This document shows positions 1 to 7,336 of a stretch of DNA of 19,962 bases, piece by piece. The DNA is from a virus (taxonomy: Duplodnaviria; Heunggongvirae; Uroviricota; Caudoviricetes). The stretch lies in the IMG/VR virus record IMGVR_UViG_3300010403_000023. The stretch is one strand, 5' to 3'. Positions within the stretch are counted from its first letter, which is position 1. Every line of letters starts with the position of its first letter. Made by a program: the position numbers and the translations under genes. Under the pieces are notes generated by a model, which was not told where the DNA came from, searched no databases, and saw nothing but the letters and a program-made list of their open reading frames with translations.

Positions 1-177
1 CGCCTTGTTTGTTTTGACGCAGTTTACGGTGTTGTTTCCTTCAAGTTGGTCTTCGTCGAGCCAGAGGAGAGGATAGAGAAGGCTGATCGCTAATGGTGAG
101 TCAAAAGCGTTGTTGTTGATAGCTACTACTGTATCGGCTATATCTTTGATGGGGAACTGGGCTCTGTAGAGATTCAT
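1..177 (-). CDS. Hypothetical protein, 5' part only (runs off the window edge)
   Basis: Own translation from ATG at 177: MNLYRAQFPIKDIADTVVAINNNAFDSPLAISLLYPLLWLDED... open to base 1; A/C-rich leader upstream. Not in the ORF track. Confidence 0.7.
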   Translation of the reverse strand, partial: MNLYRAQFPIKDIADTVVAINNNAFDSPLAISLLYPLLWLDEDQLEGNNTVNCVKTNKA

Positions 178-208
178 GATTGTGTGTGTTTTTTTATGGT
201 TAAAAATA

Positions 209-260
209 TTTGTTAGCAGGGGTTTGTTTTTCTATTGAGCGCCAGTTGCGACGCTCCGTT
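209..260 (-). repeat. Junction repeat copy E1
   Basis: Minus strand AACGGAGCGTCGCAAC...AATAGA...AACCCCTGCTAACAAA; its first base overlaps the TGA of ORF 260-430. Confidence 0.9.
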
Positions 261-430
261 CAGGGTTCGGGGCTGCTCTCATCTTCTTTTTTTGAACTTA
301 TTCTCAATATTCCTCCCGCAGGAATATCAAACTCAAACGATTGGGCAAAAAGAGATGTATGATCACCAATTGGAATATAATATGGCGGATAAATAGTTTG
401 TATAAATCCTGGTTGTTGCTGGTTTTCCAT
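260..430 (-). CDS. Hypothetical protein (56 aa)
   Basis: Own translation MENQQQPGFIQTIYPPYYIPIGDHTSLFAQSFEFDIPAGGILRISSKKEDESSPEP*; starts 2 nt after the stop of the upstream ORF. Below the track cutoff. Confidence 0.7.
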   Translation of the reverse strand: MENQQQPGFIQTIYPPYYIPIGDHTSLFAQSFEFDIPAGGILRISSKKEDESSPEP

Positions 431-432
431 AA

Positions 433-624
433 TTATACAATTAATCCTTGACGTGCTAAAATAATTTTAATTTCTTCTGCTTTGCAATCCCATTCTTCAC
501 CACTCATGCCATCCATTAATTTACAGTCTTTTTCGATAAGCGATAACGCATCATCAATATGTGTAACGGTTCCTAAAAACCTCATGCCATCCAAACTGTA
601 AATTCCTACAGGAAATTCTTCCAT
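433..624 (-). CDS. Hypothetical protein (63 aa)
   Basis: Track ORF 433-630 with the start moved to the ATG at 624 (MEEFPVG...); tightly packed with the next ORF. Confidence 0.7.
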   Translation of the reverse strand: MEEFPVGIYSLDGMRFLGTVTHIDDALSLIEKDCKLMDGMSGEEWDCKAEEIKIILARQGLIV

Positions 625-654
625 ACTCAAAGTTTAATCCCTGACAAGACCCCG

Positions 655-705
655 CACGGAGCATCGCAACGATGTTAAATGTAATCCTTAATCCTACCAT
701 CAAAA
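655..705 (+). repeat. Junction repeat copy E2
   Basis: CACGGAGCATCGCAACGATGTTAAAT...CAAAA, ending 2 nt before the stop codon of 708-2117. Confidence 0.9.
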
Positions 706-707
706 AG

Positions 708-2117
708 TCAATACCCAAATACTGTCACATGAACTGTCATTCCAGTGAAAGAAGTGGCAAACACAAGCCCTGTGAGTATTGCTACTATATTACTATTTGA
801 TTGAACTATATTTATTATAACCTGTGTTGTTGTGTAAGATTTAATACTTACAAATGGCACAGAAGCAATAGTAGATGTATTGCTAGCGGCCTGCGCCTGA
901 ACATTGAGGATGGTTGAGAATCCTGCGCTTGATATATCCACTGTTTGCCCACTTCCGGTTGTTGGTGTAATTATACCTGTCCATACCTTAGGAACAATGC
1001 TTAATAATCCTGCGCTATTATAAATCTGTGGCAATACGCCATATGTCCATGCTCTTACATTCTTAGAGGCAGTATCTACACGGAATTGAGTCGGTGTCGC
1101 GCTAGTATCTATCTTCAATGTTCCGGTTGTAGTTATCGCCCCTCCAGTAAGCCCATATCCGCTTGCTACAGATGTTACACTTCCGGTGCCATAACCTTTA
1201 CCTAATACAAAGTTTCGTGTATTCTTTACCGCACTATCTATGCGGAATTGCGTAGGAATATTTGTAGAGTCTACCAGTAGAGTTCCAGTAGTTGTAATTG
1301 CTCCTCCGGACAATCCAAAGCCACTTCCTACCGAAGTAACACTACCTGTCCCGTAGCCTTTTCCAAGAACAAAGTTCCTTGTGTTCTTTACAGCACTGTC
1401 TATTCTGAATTGCGTCGTAACATTGGTACTGTCTACTCTTAAGGTTCCGGACGTGGTGATCGGACCACCCGTAAGGCCAAATCCCGTAGTAACATTCGTA
1501 ACAGATCCTGTTCCAAATCCTTGTGCTGTTACATAATCTCTTATATTCTTAGAAGTGCTGTCTATGCGAAATTGAGTAGGTGTGCTTGTGGTATCCACTT
1601 TGAATTGAAAACCACTGAGCAGCAAGCCATATCCGTTTGTGTAAGGAGTTATTGTTGGTATAGCGCTGCGAATATTGGTTGCTGTGTCTGATAAGGCAGA
1701 TAACGTCGCGTATTGCTTGCGGATGATGTAGTTTATGGTAGCTAATTCTGTTGTATCTATTTCTACGCTGTCTTTATGATGTACTATAGTTCCGTAGTAG
1801 TTAAATACTTTTGTTTGGGCCTGAATAAAAAGCGTATCTATATTGGACAATATTCTTAGCCAGGTAGTATCTCTTCGACCATAGTATAGCTGACTATCTA
1901 TAGGGTTTATCTGTAAAAATCCGATGGCGGGGATATTTGTGTTTTGAAAGGGCCATTTTGTTATAGGTCTTATAGGAAGACGAAAACTGCTGTCTACTAC
2001 CATTGCTCCTGCTATTTTCTGAATACCATGAGTTTGACCTTCATTAGTAATAGTCTGAGATATTGCCGCTAAGTAGCAGAAACGTAAGACTGTTAGAATA
2101 ATAAAAGGTGTTCTCAT
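708..2117 (-). CDS. Tail-fibre-like / surface repeat protein with a predicted signal peptide (469 aa)
   Basis: Hydrophobic N-terminus ending AIS-Q; about 3.4 copies of a 54-aa Gly/Thr-rich repeat (GTGSVTxVxxGxGLxGGxITTxGTL) of the type common in phage fibres; beta-rich C-terminal domain. Confidence 0.6.
   Translation of the reverse strand: MRTPFIILTVLRFCYLAAISQTITNEGQTHGIQKIAGAMVVDSSFRLPIRPITKWPFQNTNIPAIGFLQINPIDSQLYYGRRDTTWLRILSNIDTLFIQAQTKVFNYYGTIVHHKDSVEIDTTELATINYIIRKQYATLSALSDTATNIRSAIPTITPYTNGYGLLLSGFQFKVDTTSTPTQFRIDSTSKNIRDYVTAQGFGTGSVTNVTTGFGLTGGPITTSGTLRVDSTNVTTQFRIDSAVKNTRNFVLGKGYGTGSVTSVGSGFGLSGGAITTTGTLLVDSTNIPTQFRIDSAVKNTRNFVLGKGYGTGSVTSVASGYGLTGGAITTTGTLKIDTSATPTQFRVDTASKNVRAWTYGVLPQIYNSAGLLSIVPKVWTGIITPTTGSGQTVDISSAGFSTILNVQAQAASNTSTIASVPFVSIKSYTTTQVIINIVQSNSNIVAILTGLVFATSFTGMTVHVTVFGY
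1053..1598 (-). repeat. Intragenic 162-bp (54-aa) tandem repeat, about 3.4 units
   Basis: aa 174-355: three full units starting VD(T/S)T..TQFRIDS plus a partial fourth; the units differ at many synonymous positions. Confidence 0.9.
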
Positions 2118-2126
2118 GTTGGTTGT

Positions 2127-2197
2127 TTTTGCAGCAGAGTTTTTTCGTTCTATTGAACTTCGGTGGCGATGGCACCGGTCAACTTCGGAATGCTATT
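2127..2197 (-). repeat. Junction repeat copy E3 with left arm ATAGCATTCCGAAG
   Basis: Minus strand ATAGCATTCCGAAGTTGACCGGTGCCATCGCCACCGAAGTTCAATAGAACGAAAAAACTCTGCTGCAAAA; follows the stop at 2196 and ends just before the leader of the ATG at 2117. Confidence 0.92.
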
Positions 2198-2570
2198 AAT
2201 CTTTAAACGACGAAAATATTTTTTTTATGTTTTCTGCCCATTTAAACATTTCTTCTTTTGAAACTCCTTTTACAATGTATTTAGCGTTTTCATCCTCAAA
2301 ATACATTTTTCTTTTTTTATGCACACAAAGAGAAAAAGTACGAGACCCGCTCGTAGATTTGCCATCCATCCAAGTAAGCCTCTTATTCGGATTAATCCCT
2401 ATTTCTTTCACTAGGGCAAATATCTCCTCAAACTCTTTGGCCAATAAGTCATAATCTGCTTCTGTTACTTCTTGAGTATATTCCAAAAATATTCTCTGGG
2501 CATGTACTAAAGATGGATCATTAACTTCAAGCACAGTCTGAATGGATTGGTGCGAATATTTTTTCTTCAT
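2196..2570 (-). CDS. Hypothetical protein (124 aa)
   Basis: Track ORF 2196-2660; start moved to MKKKYS (2570) because the upstream extension is the antisense of repeat E4. Confidence 0.75.
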   Translation of the reverse strand: MKKKYSHQSIQTVLEVNDPSLVHAQRIFLEYTQEVTEADYDLLAKEFEEIFALVKEIGINPNKRLTWMDGKSTSGSRTFSLCVHKKRKMYFEDENAKYIVKGVSKEEMFKWAENIKKIFSSFKD

Positions 2571-2580
2571 TTTATTATTC

Positions 2581-2662
2581 TTATGATTAAGAAAAGAATT
2601 CCTATTGTCGAACGGAGCGTCGCCACTGAAGCTGATAGATAGACTGGTGGCGACTTCCAAAA
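2581..2662 (+). repeat. Junction repeat copy E4 (hairpin subtype) with left arm TTATGATTAAGAAAAGAATTCCT
   Basis: Core 2611-2662 AACGGAGCGTCGCCAC...GTGGCGACTTCCAAAA; GTCGCCAC/GTGGCGAC is a perfect 8-bp inverted repeat. Confidence 0.92.
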
Positions 2663-2666
2663 CTTT

Positions 2667-3593
2667 TTACTGAACTACAGTCACACTATTACTCTGAAAC
2701 CCTATTGCATCTGCTTCATCTGTTCCTCCATTTACACATGTTGTTCTTACTTTTACATCATAAAAAGTATCTGCTGATAATGTATTAAACACAAATGTAG
2801 TTGCTCCTTCAAAACTTCCTGCTGTATCATCTGCTTTTATCCAGATATTACTGCTTTGTTTTTTAAAGAACAAAGTAACGAATAAATAAGCACTTGCCGG
2901 CGCTGTCCAGGTTATTTTCGCACTGTTATGTGTAATGTCTGTTGCTGCTAAATCTGTTACAGGATTGCTGCATGATGCAAACGGATCATAGTTGATGTAT
3001 CCTCCAAAGTAACATCCCGGATCAATATTGAAAGAGTCTATCTTACTTTCAAACACTGCAGCATTTATAGCAGATGGTGTGTTTTGGTAATTTTTAAGCC
3101 ATATAGACTGAAATAACGCTCCGCTGGCTGAACTGTCCGCCAGGTCTATTATCGCTTCGCTACCTACCCAGAGATTGCTCAGGATAATACCTCCGCCTAG
3201 TGTTAGTTTCTTGATGTAGGTAGGTCCGAAGATGGCCAGTTGCGTATAAACGTTTGGAGGAGAGGCGCTGTATATTACTTCTCCATCGTATTGACAATTT
3301 ATTATTACGTTTGGTGTTGCTGGAGGACTATTGCTGGTTTTGCTTACGTATATGCCTACGTTCTGGAGTTCTGTGTCGTCTAGTGTTCCTATTAAATTAA
3401 GAAGGAATGCGTTGTATTGAGTAATGGTTGGGAATAGGTATGGCCAGGTTAGTGCGAGAATTACGTCGTCGTAGGTGTTTAGTTCATCTTCAAGACGAGA
3501 TGCAACTATAGCAGCATAAGGAAGTATGTTTGCAGCGTTGTTTACTACTGCTATGAAGTCTGATTTATCTCCGCTGGATATGGGGGTTGGCAT
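2667..3593 (-). CDS. Putative virion protein with a C-terminal fibronectin type III domain (308 aa)
   Basis: C-terminus NPVTDLAATDITHNSAKITWTAP...NTLSADTFYDVKVRTTC fits the FN3 pattern; start moved from 3650 (inside repeat E5) to MPTPISS at 3593. Confidence 0.65.
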   Translation of the reverse strand: MPTPISSGDKSDFIAVVNNAANILPYAAIVASRLEDELNTYDDVILALTWPYLFPTITQYNAFLLNLIGTLDDTELQNVGIYVSKTSNSPPATPNVIINCQYDGEVIYSASPPNVYTQLAIFGPTYIKKLTLGGGIILSNLWVGSEAIIDLADSSASGALFQSIWLKNYQNTPSAINAAVFESKIDSFNIDPGCYFGGYINYDPFASCSNPVTDLAATDITHNSAKITWTAPASAYLFVTLFFKKQSSNIWIKADDTAGSFEGATTFVFNTLSADTFYDVKVRTTCVNGGTDEADAIGFQSNSVTVVQ

Positions 3594-3603
3594 GTTTTGT
3601 TTC

Positions 3604-3654
3604 TTTGGTAGTCGGCTGAAAGCATCTATGGGCTTGGTTTGCGATGGCACCGTT
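3604..3654 (-). repeat. Junction repeat copy E5
   Basis: Minus strand AACGGTGCCATCGCAAAC...CTTTCAGCCGACTACCAAA; ends 10 nt before the ATG at 3593. Confidence 0.9.
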
Positions 3655-3676
3655 CAATAACATCACTGCTTTGATC

Positions 3677-3841
3677 TTATTTCACCTTACGTAATTTTGG
3701 CTTGGCCCTTTTAGCCGCCGCACTGGAATTTCGGGTTGATGCAGCCAATATTGCTCCAGCGCGTTTCTGGCTTACTCCTTCTTTGCGGGCTATACTGGAT
3801 TGCACCGCTTTAAACCCGGGATGCGATTTTGATTTTGCCAT
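3677..3841 (-). CDS. Small, highly basic phage protein (54 aa)
   Basis: MAKSKSHPGFKAVQSSIARKEGVSQKRAGAILAASTRNSSAAAKRAKPKLRKVK; start moved to ATG 3841; K/R/A-rich and resembles a small-protein family I recognise from phages. Confidence 0.75.
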   Translation of the reverse strand: MAKSKSHPGFKAVQSSIARKEGVSQKRAGAILAASTRNSSAAAKRAKPKLRKVK

Positions 3842-3988
3842 GAGTTTTATTTTATAATGTAAATATACAAACTGTTTTGAGATTACCAACAACGATTCAG
3901 CTTCAGAACCTCAATTAAACCACATCAAAAATCAGCATCCACAACAACCTAACGATGCTATTTAGCCAGCCACTAAGACCTCATCACA

Positions 3989-4096
3989 TAAATGTTGCCA
4001 TAATGTTTATTATGCTAAATAGATTTTCTTATCTTTGTCTTTTTAACGGCAAAAATCTAATTAACATAATAATTAAAATACATTATAGAACATTTA
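3989..4096. repeat. Second repeat family, inverted pair 1 (arms 3989-4022 and 4057-4096)
   Basis: Left TAAATGTTGCCATAATGTTTATTATGCTAAATAG; reverse complement of right TAAATGTTCTATAATGTATTTTAATTATTATGTTAATTAG; 34-bp centre. Confidence 0.75.
4006..4037 (+). promoter_or_regulatory. Possible Bacteroidota primary-sigma promoter within inverted pair 1
   Basis: TATCTTTG (4030-4037) matches TAnnTTTG; TTTA (one mismatch to TTTG) lies 20 nt upstream. Confidence 0.35.
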
Positions 4097-4160
4097 CTCC
4101 GTTCTTTAATCAGCAAAACAATCCCTATTTGATTTCAGCCTTAGTTCTTTAAAATGGTAG

Positions 4161-4244
4161 TCGGATAATAAAAATTATGCTAAATAAACACTGTATCTAA
4201 TCCACCTCTTATCAGGTCTATGTTAACATAATTTTTACTATCGA
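4161..4244. repeat. Second repeat family, inverted pair 2 (arms 4161-4186 and 4219-4244)
   Basis: Left TCGGATAATAAAAATTATGCTAAATA; reverse complement of right TCGATAGTAAAAATTATGTTAACATA; 32-bp centre. Confidence 0.7.
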
Positions 4245-4326
4245 ATATCAGTTGTAAGGCAGTAAATCAAATCGGGATAAAAAGGATTGTTATGTAATAG
4301 TTGGGTTGGAGCGCAAAACTTCACCA

Positions 4327-4482
4327 ATGAAGTCGGGTTCAATAGTAATACATAAGGCAACTGAAATACTGATGACTGTGCATTCAGTTAATGGCAATAG
4401 AATAACTACCACATATTTCGATGCGTTATGTCAGTGCCATCAGAAAGAGTTTTATAACTATGACTTAGAACTCTTAGGTTGA
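4327..4482 (+). CDS. YodC/DUF2158-like small protein (51 aa)
   Basis: Own translation MKSGSIVIHKATEILMTVHSVNGNRITTTYFDALCQCHQKEFYNYDLELLG*; shows the G.IV..K....MTV...(Y/W)FD....F...L pattern of the neighbouring gene. Not in the track. Confidence 0.6.
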   Translation: MKSGSIVIHKATEILMTVHSVNGNRITTTYFDALCQCHQKEFYNYDLELLG

Positions 4483-4658
4483 GTTGGTTCTACATCTGTT
4501 AATTCAAATTCATTAAATGAACGTTGATTTGGTTTCTTGCCGTCAAACCAACTGCAAATCCACGATTCATTAGCGACTAAACCGTTATTCTTCTCTTTTA
4601 CGGTCATTGCTGGACTACCAGATTTAAGCCAAACAATCATTCCGGGTTCAATTTTCAT
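4458..4658 (-). CDS. YodC/DUF2158 family protein (66 aa)
   Basis: MKIEPGMIVWLKSGSPAMTV...CSWFDG...F...EL is the typical DUF2158 pattern; start moved to 4658. Confidence 0.8.
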   Translation of the reverse strand: MKIEPGMIVWLKSGSPAMTVKEKNNGLVANESWICSWFDGKKPNQRSFNEFELTDVEPTQPKSSKS

Positions 4659-4682
4659 CTTATTTGTTTCTTTGGTCAGACA

Positions 4683-4690
4683 CAAATATA
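4683..4690 (-). promoter_or_regulatory. Possible -7 element for the DUF2158 gene
   Basis: TATATTTG on the minus strand matches TAnnTTTG, 24 nt before the ATG; no canonical -33 TTTG seen. Confidence 0.3.
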
Positions 4691-4692
4691 GC

Positions 4693-4720
4693 AAAACCCC
4701 AGCATCCGTGCCGGGGTTTT
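4693..4720. terminator. Intrinsic terminator-like hairpin, possibly bidirectional
   Basis: AAAACCCC-AGCA-TCCG-TGCC-GGGGTTTT; T runs follow the GC stem on both strands. Confidence 0.65.
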
Positions 4721-4831
4721 CTATTTATTCCCCACAAAACAGGCCACCTTCAAGCCTCTCAACCCATACCTCTACGAACCTAGCTAACCGCCGATGTTCG
4801 CTACTTTGACCTCACCTAAGACCTCGACACC

Positions 4832-5070
4832 GTAAATGTTGCTATAATTTTTATTATCGTTAAATAGCCCCTATCCCGCTCCAACTCCCGTTCATTTTTC
4901 GACTGCACCACCGGCTTAAAAACACCATCACGCTACCATTCTCCCGACCCTTCCCCATAAAACAAAAAATCCAACCTCTTGGTTGGTATTCAGCTTTTGT
5001 AAGTTTTTGATTTTTTATTTTATCTCGGTAGCTATTGTAACATAATAAAGTGACATTATAGAACATTTAC
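4832..5070. repeat. Second repeat family, inverted pair 3 (arms 4832-4868 and 5031-5070)
   Basis: Left GTAAATGTTGCTATAATTTTTATTATCGTTAAATAGC; reverse complement of right GTAAATGTTCTATAATGTCACTTTATTATGTTACAATAGC; 162-bp centre. ACATTATAGAACATTTACT is identical at 4080-4098 and 5053-5071. Confidence 0.75.
4963..4986 (-). terminator. Intrinsic terminator-like hairpin
   Basis: Minus strand CCAACC-AAGA-GGTTGG followed by ATTTTTTG. Confidence 0.5.
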
Positions 5071-5160
5071 TTTGAATTACATCAGACAACCATAGCGAGT
5101 ATAAGGGCGCATGTTAGCTGTAACTATCTATTAAGCGTCCGTAGTTGCGCCCGCGAAGGA

Positions 5161-5231
5161 CATAGCATTCCTGAAGATGAACGGTGCTATCGCAAATCCG
5201 CTAAATAGAACGAAAAAACTCTGCTGCAAAA
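5161..5231 (+). repeat. Junction repeat copy E6
   Basis: CATAGCATTCCTGAAGATGAACGGTGCTATCGCAAATCCGCTAAATAGAACGAAAAAACTCTGCTGCAAAA; the last 28 bp are identical to E3 in inverted orientation. Confidence 0.92.
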
Positions 5232-5232
5232 G

Positions 5233-5270
5233 AAAAAAAATAAGTGCCCCAGTAATCTGAAAGGCACTTA
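5233..5270 (-). terminator. Intrinsic terminator after the 95-aa ORF
   Basis: TAAGTGCC/GGCACTTA 8-bp stem followed by T8 on the minus strand, 24 nt after the stop at 5295. Confidence 0.7.
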
Positions 5271-5294
5271 TCCTCAATCACACACAAAAACTTT

Positions 5295-5582
5295 TTAAGC
5301 TGCAGGTGTATTAGCTGTAACTGCTGCCGCTACATTTGTTGCTTCTGCATCCAGGCTGTCTGCTAATGCGTTTAATGCTACCGGATCATTAGCATTATCA
5401 CGTATTGTTTGTGCCAGACTTCCTACGAGTGCTACTAAGCTCTCATCTACTGTTACCAGGTGTTGTACCGATGCCGTAAGGCGTTCCAATTCAGGACTCA
5501 TGTTTTTAGAGTTGTTTTTAATTGTTAAAAATAAGAAAAGAGTTGCTATAAATATTGCTGCCAGAATGATTATCGTTTGCAT
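5295..5582 (-). CDS. Membrane-anchored, Ala-rich helical phage protein (95 aa)
   Basis: N-terminal hydrophobic helix, then ELERLTASV...DPVALNALADSLDA...ANTPAA, a coiled-coil-like pattern. Confidence 0.7.
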   Translation of the reverse strand: MQTIIILAAIFIATLFLFLTIKNNSKNMSPELERLTASVQHLVTVDESLVALVGSLAQTIRDNANDPVALNALADSLDAEATNVAAAVTANTPAA

Positions 5583-5594
5583 TGTGTAAAGGTA

Positions 5595-6410
5595 TTATAT
5601 TTGTTTGGTAATATTTTCTATATATTGCATTATCTTTTTGATACCGCTTGCTGTGATCATGTACTTTATCGGCTTCCCGTATAGTTTTTCTCCCGGTTTT
5701 GTGTCGGCTACTACCAGCATTTTACTGATCAGTGTCTTTACGGCCGGTTTGAGGTAGTCTTTCTTGTGGCCCAGTTCTGTGTCTTCATTTATGGTTTTCA
5801 GGTCCACGAGGCTGTTTCTTTTCAGGTATAGCGAGAGTAATATCCGGAGCTCCGTTTCGTTTAGGCTTAATTCGCTGGCTTTTTCGTCTACGCTGTTGAG
5901 TATGGCCAGTGTGTATTTTGCAAAGGACTCATAGCCATTTACTGCTTTTTTTATTTCTCCATGGAAGGTTTCTGCGCGTTTTGCTATTGTTTTGGCTGTG
6001 TCGGAGAGTTGATAAAGGTCTATCTGGCTGTTCTGGGCACACATGAATAGCTGGACCATGTCTTCCCGGGAGGATACTGCGTAGATGCTGTTACGTTTCA
6101 TGCTCTCTACTATGTCGCTTCGCTTTTCTCCGAATTCATACTGGGATCTGATATGGAAGAGTGTCTGGGCTATTTCTTCTTCATCTCCTACTGTTATGCT
6201 CCAGTCTTTGTCAAGGAGGGTAAGCATTCTTAGGAGCTTATCCAGTCCTGAGTTTTTAGTAAAGTCGTTTATAGTTCGGTCTGAATGAAATATAGTAGAT
6301 ACGGTACCAGGGAGTTGGTTTATCTTATCCTTTGAAGTGTCTTTCATTATTTTGAAGACATAATCAGAAAGAGTTTGAAAGTGGATGGTATGTTTTCTGT
6401 ATTCACTCAT
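5595..6410 (-). CDS. Hypothetical protein with a putative C-terminal winged-helix DNA-binding domain (271 aa)
   Basis: LSLNETELRILLSL...LKTI...LKPAVKTLISKMLV...YMITASG resembles MarR-type wHTH. Confidence 0.55.
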   Translation of the reverse strand: MSEYRKHTIHFQTLSDYVFKIMKDTSKDKINQLPGTVSTIFHSDRTINDFTKNSGLDKLLRMLTLLDKDWSITVGDEEEIAQTLFHIRSQYEFGEKRSDIVESMKRNSIYAVSSREDMVQLFMCAQNSQIDLYQLSDTAKTIAKRAETFHGEIKKAVNGYESFAKYTLAILNSVDEKASELSLNETELRILLSLYLKRNSLVDLKTINEDTELGHKKDYLKPAVKTLISKMLVVADTKPGEKLYGKPIKYMITASGIKKIMQYIENITKQI

Positions 6411-6454
6411 TTTGGTTGTGTGGCGATGGCACCGGTCGACTTCGGAATGCTATT
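6411..6454 (-). repeat. Junction repeat copy E7 (internally shortened)
   Basis: 6420-6454 matches 2163-2197 at 34/35 nt; the right arm is absent and the core runs into ACAACCAAAATG. Confidence 0.88.
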
Positions 6455-7238
6455 CTAAAAATAATAAATTTTGTGGCGTTATTGGCGCCGATATTTTATT
6501 GCTGATTACGGAATTAAATCCATTATTTATACTATCAAATTTGACCATATACTCTGATTCAATTTTAAACACTTCACTATCCTCTATTTCTGATGGTAAT
6601 TCTTCAAGCACCTCAAAAGTCCAGTCGCTAAGTTTTGATTGGCGCAGAAATACACCAAATGGACTACTGCTGTGCGTCAAATGATTCCACCAACGAAAGA
6701 AGGGGGCGTTGCGGGTTTTTCCGATGTAACTTTTGTTGGTTGCTTTCTCTGTAACCTTATAAATGTAGTTTGGACTATCTGCTTTAATATAGTTCGTGTC
6801 GTCAGGGAAATCAATGTTTTTATACTTCTCCTTCTTATAATTACTTAAACATAATTCGCCGTCGTCTCCGCTCCTACAAAACAATATATCATCTCCAAAT
6901 AGTTTACTAATTCGAGGTTTTGAGACATACTTATTTTCATACACCTGCCCGCATGAAGCGCAAACCCATTCACCTTGATTTATTTGATCTATTTCCCATT
7001 GATATAATGGATAGATAACAACATAAAAGAATTGAGCGGTATCCTTAGTTTCCTTCTCATACACTTTGTCTTTCTGAAAGAATTGAGGATATTCTAATTT
7101 CAGAAACTCTTTTACAGCCGCCTTATCTTCGGACTCAATAACAGGAATCCTCACTACCTGATTGTCTCCACCAAAGTAACTGCCACTATCTGTACCGATA
7201 GATTTTACAACTCTTATAAATGCTTTGAATAACGACAT
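6450..7238 (-). CDS. GIY-YIG nuclease with an N-terminal Cys-containing region (262 aa)
   Basis: YIYKVTEKATNKSYIGKT...FRWWNH...IESEY...GFN: GIY/YIG, Arg, Glu and Asn landmarks present; CASC motif upstream. Confidence 0.85.
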   Translation of the reverse strand: MSLFKAFIRVVKSIGTDSGSYFGGDNQVVRIPVIESEDKAAVKEFLKLEYPQFFQKDKVYEKETKDTAQFFYVVIYPLYQWEIDQINQGEWVCASCGQVYENKYVSKPRISKLFGDDILFCRSGDDGELCLSNYKKEKYKNIDFPDDTNYIKADSPNYIYKVTEKATNKSYIGKTRNAPFFRWWNHLTHSSSPFGVFLRQSKLSDWTFEVLEELPSEIEDSEVFKIESEYMVKFDSINNGFNSVISNKISAPITPQNLLFLE

Positions 7239-7284
7239 TTTTGTGCTTTAAAATATGCGATGTTTCATGCTTATTCTGGTTTTC

Positions 7285-7336
7285 AACGGAGCGTCGCAAC
7301 GATGTTAAATAGAATTTCTAACCCCTGCTACCAAAA
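7285..7336 (+). repeat. Junction repeat copy E8
   Basis: AACGGAGCGTCGCAACGATGTTAAATAGAATTTCTAACCCCTGCTACCAAAA; the 3' 19 nt overlap the end of the GT2 gene. Confidence 0.92.

Noticed and set aside
2571-2660. N-terminal extension of ORF 2196-2660 (likewise 3594-3650 of ORF 2667-3650)
   Set aside because: The extensions are translations of repeats E4 and E5; downstream ATGs have typical A-rich leaders.
3955-4152. 65-aa plus-strand ORF (and 4860-5066 minus)
   Set aside because: They run through the inverted-repeat arms and a terminator, with low-complexity AT-rich translation; more likely non-coding.
5114-5322. 12-bp match TTAGCTGTAACT at 5114 and about 5311
   Set aside because: A single short match with no extension; plausible by chance.
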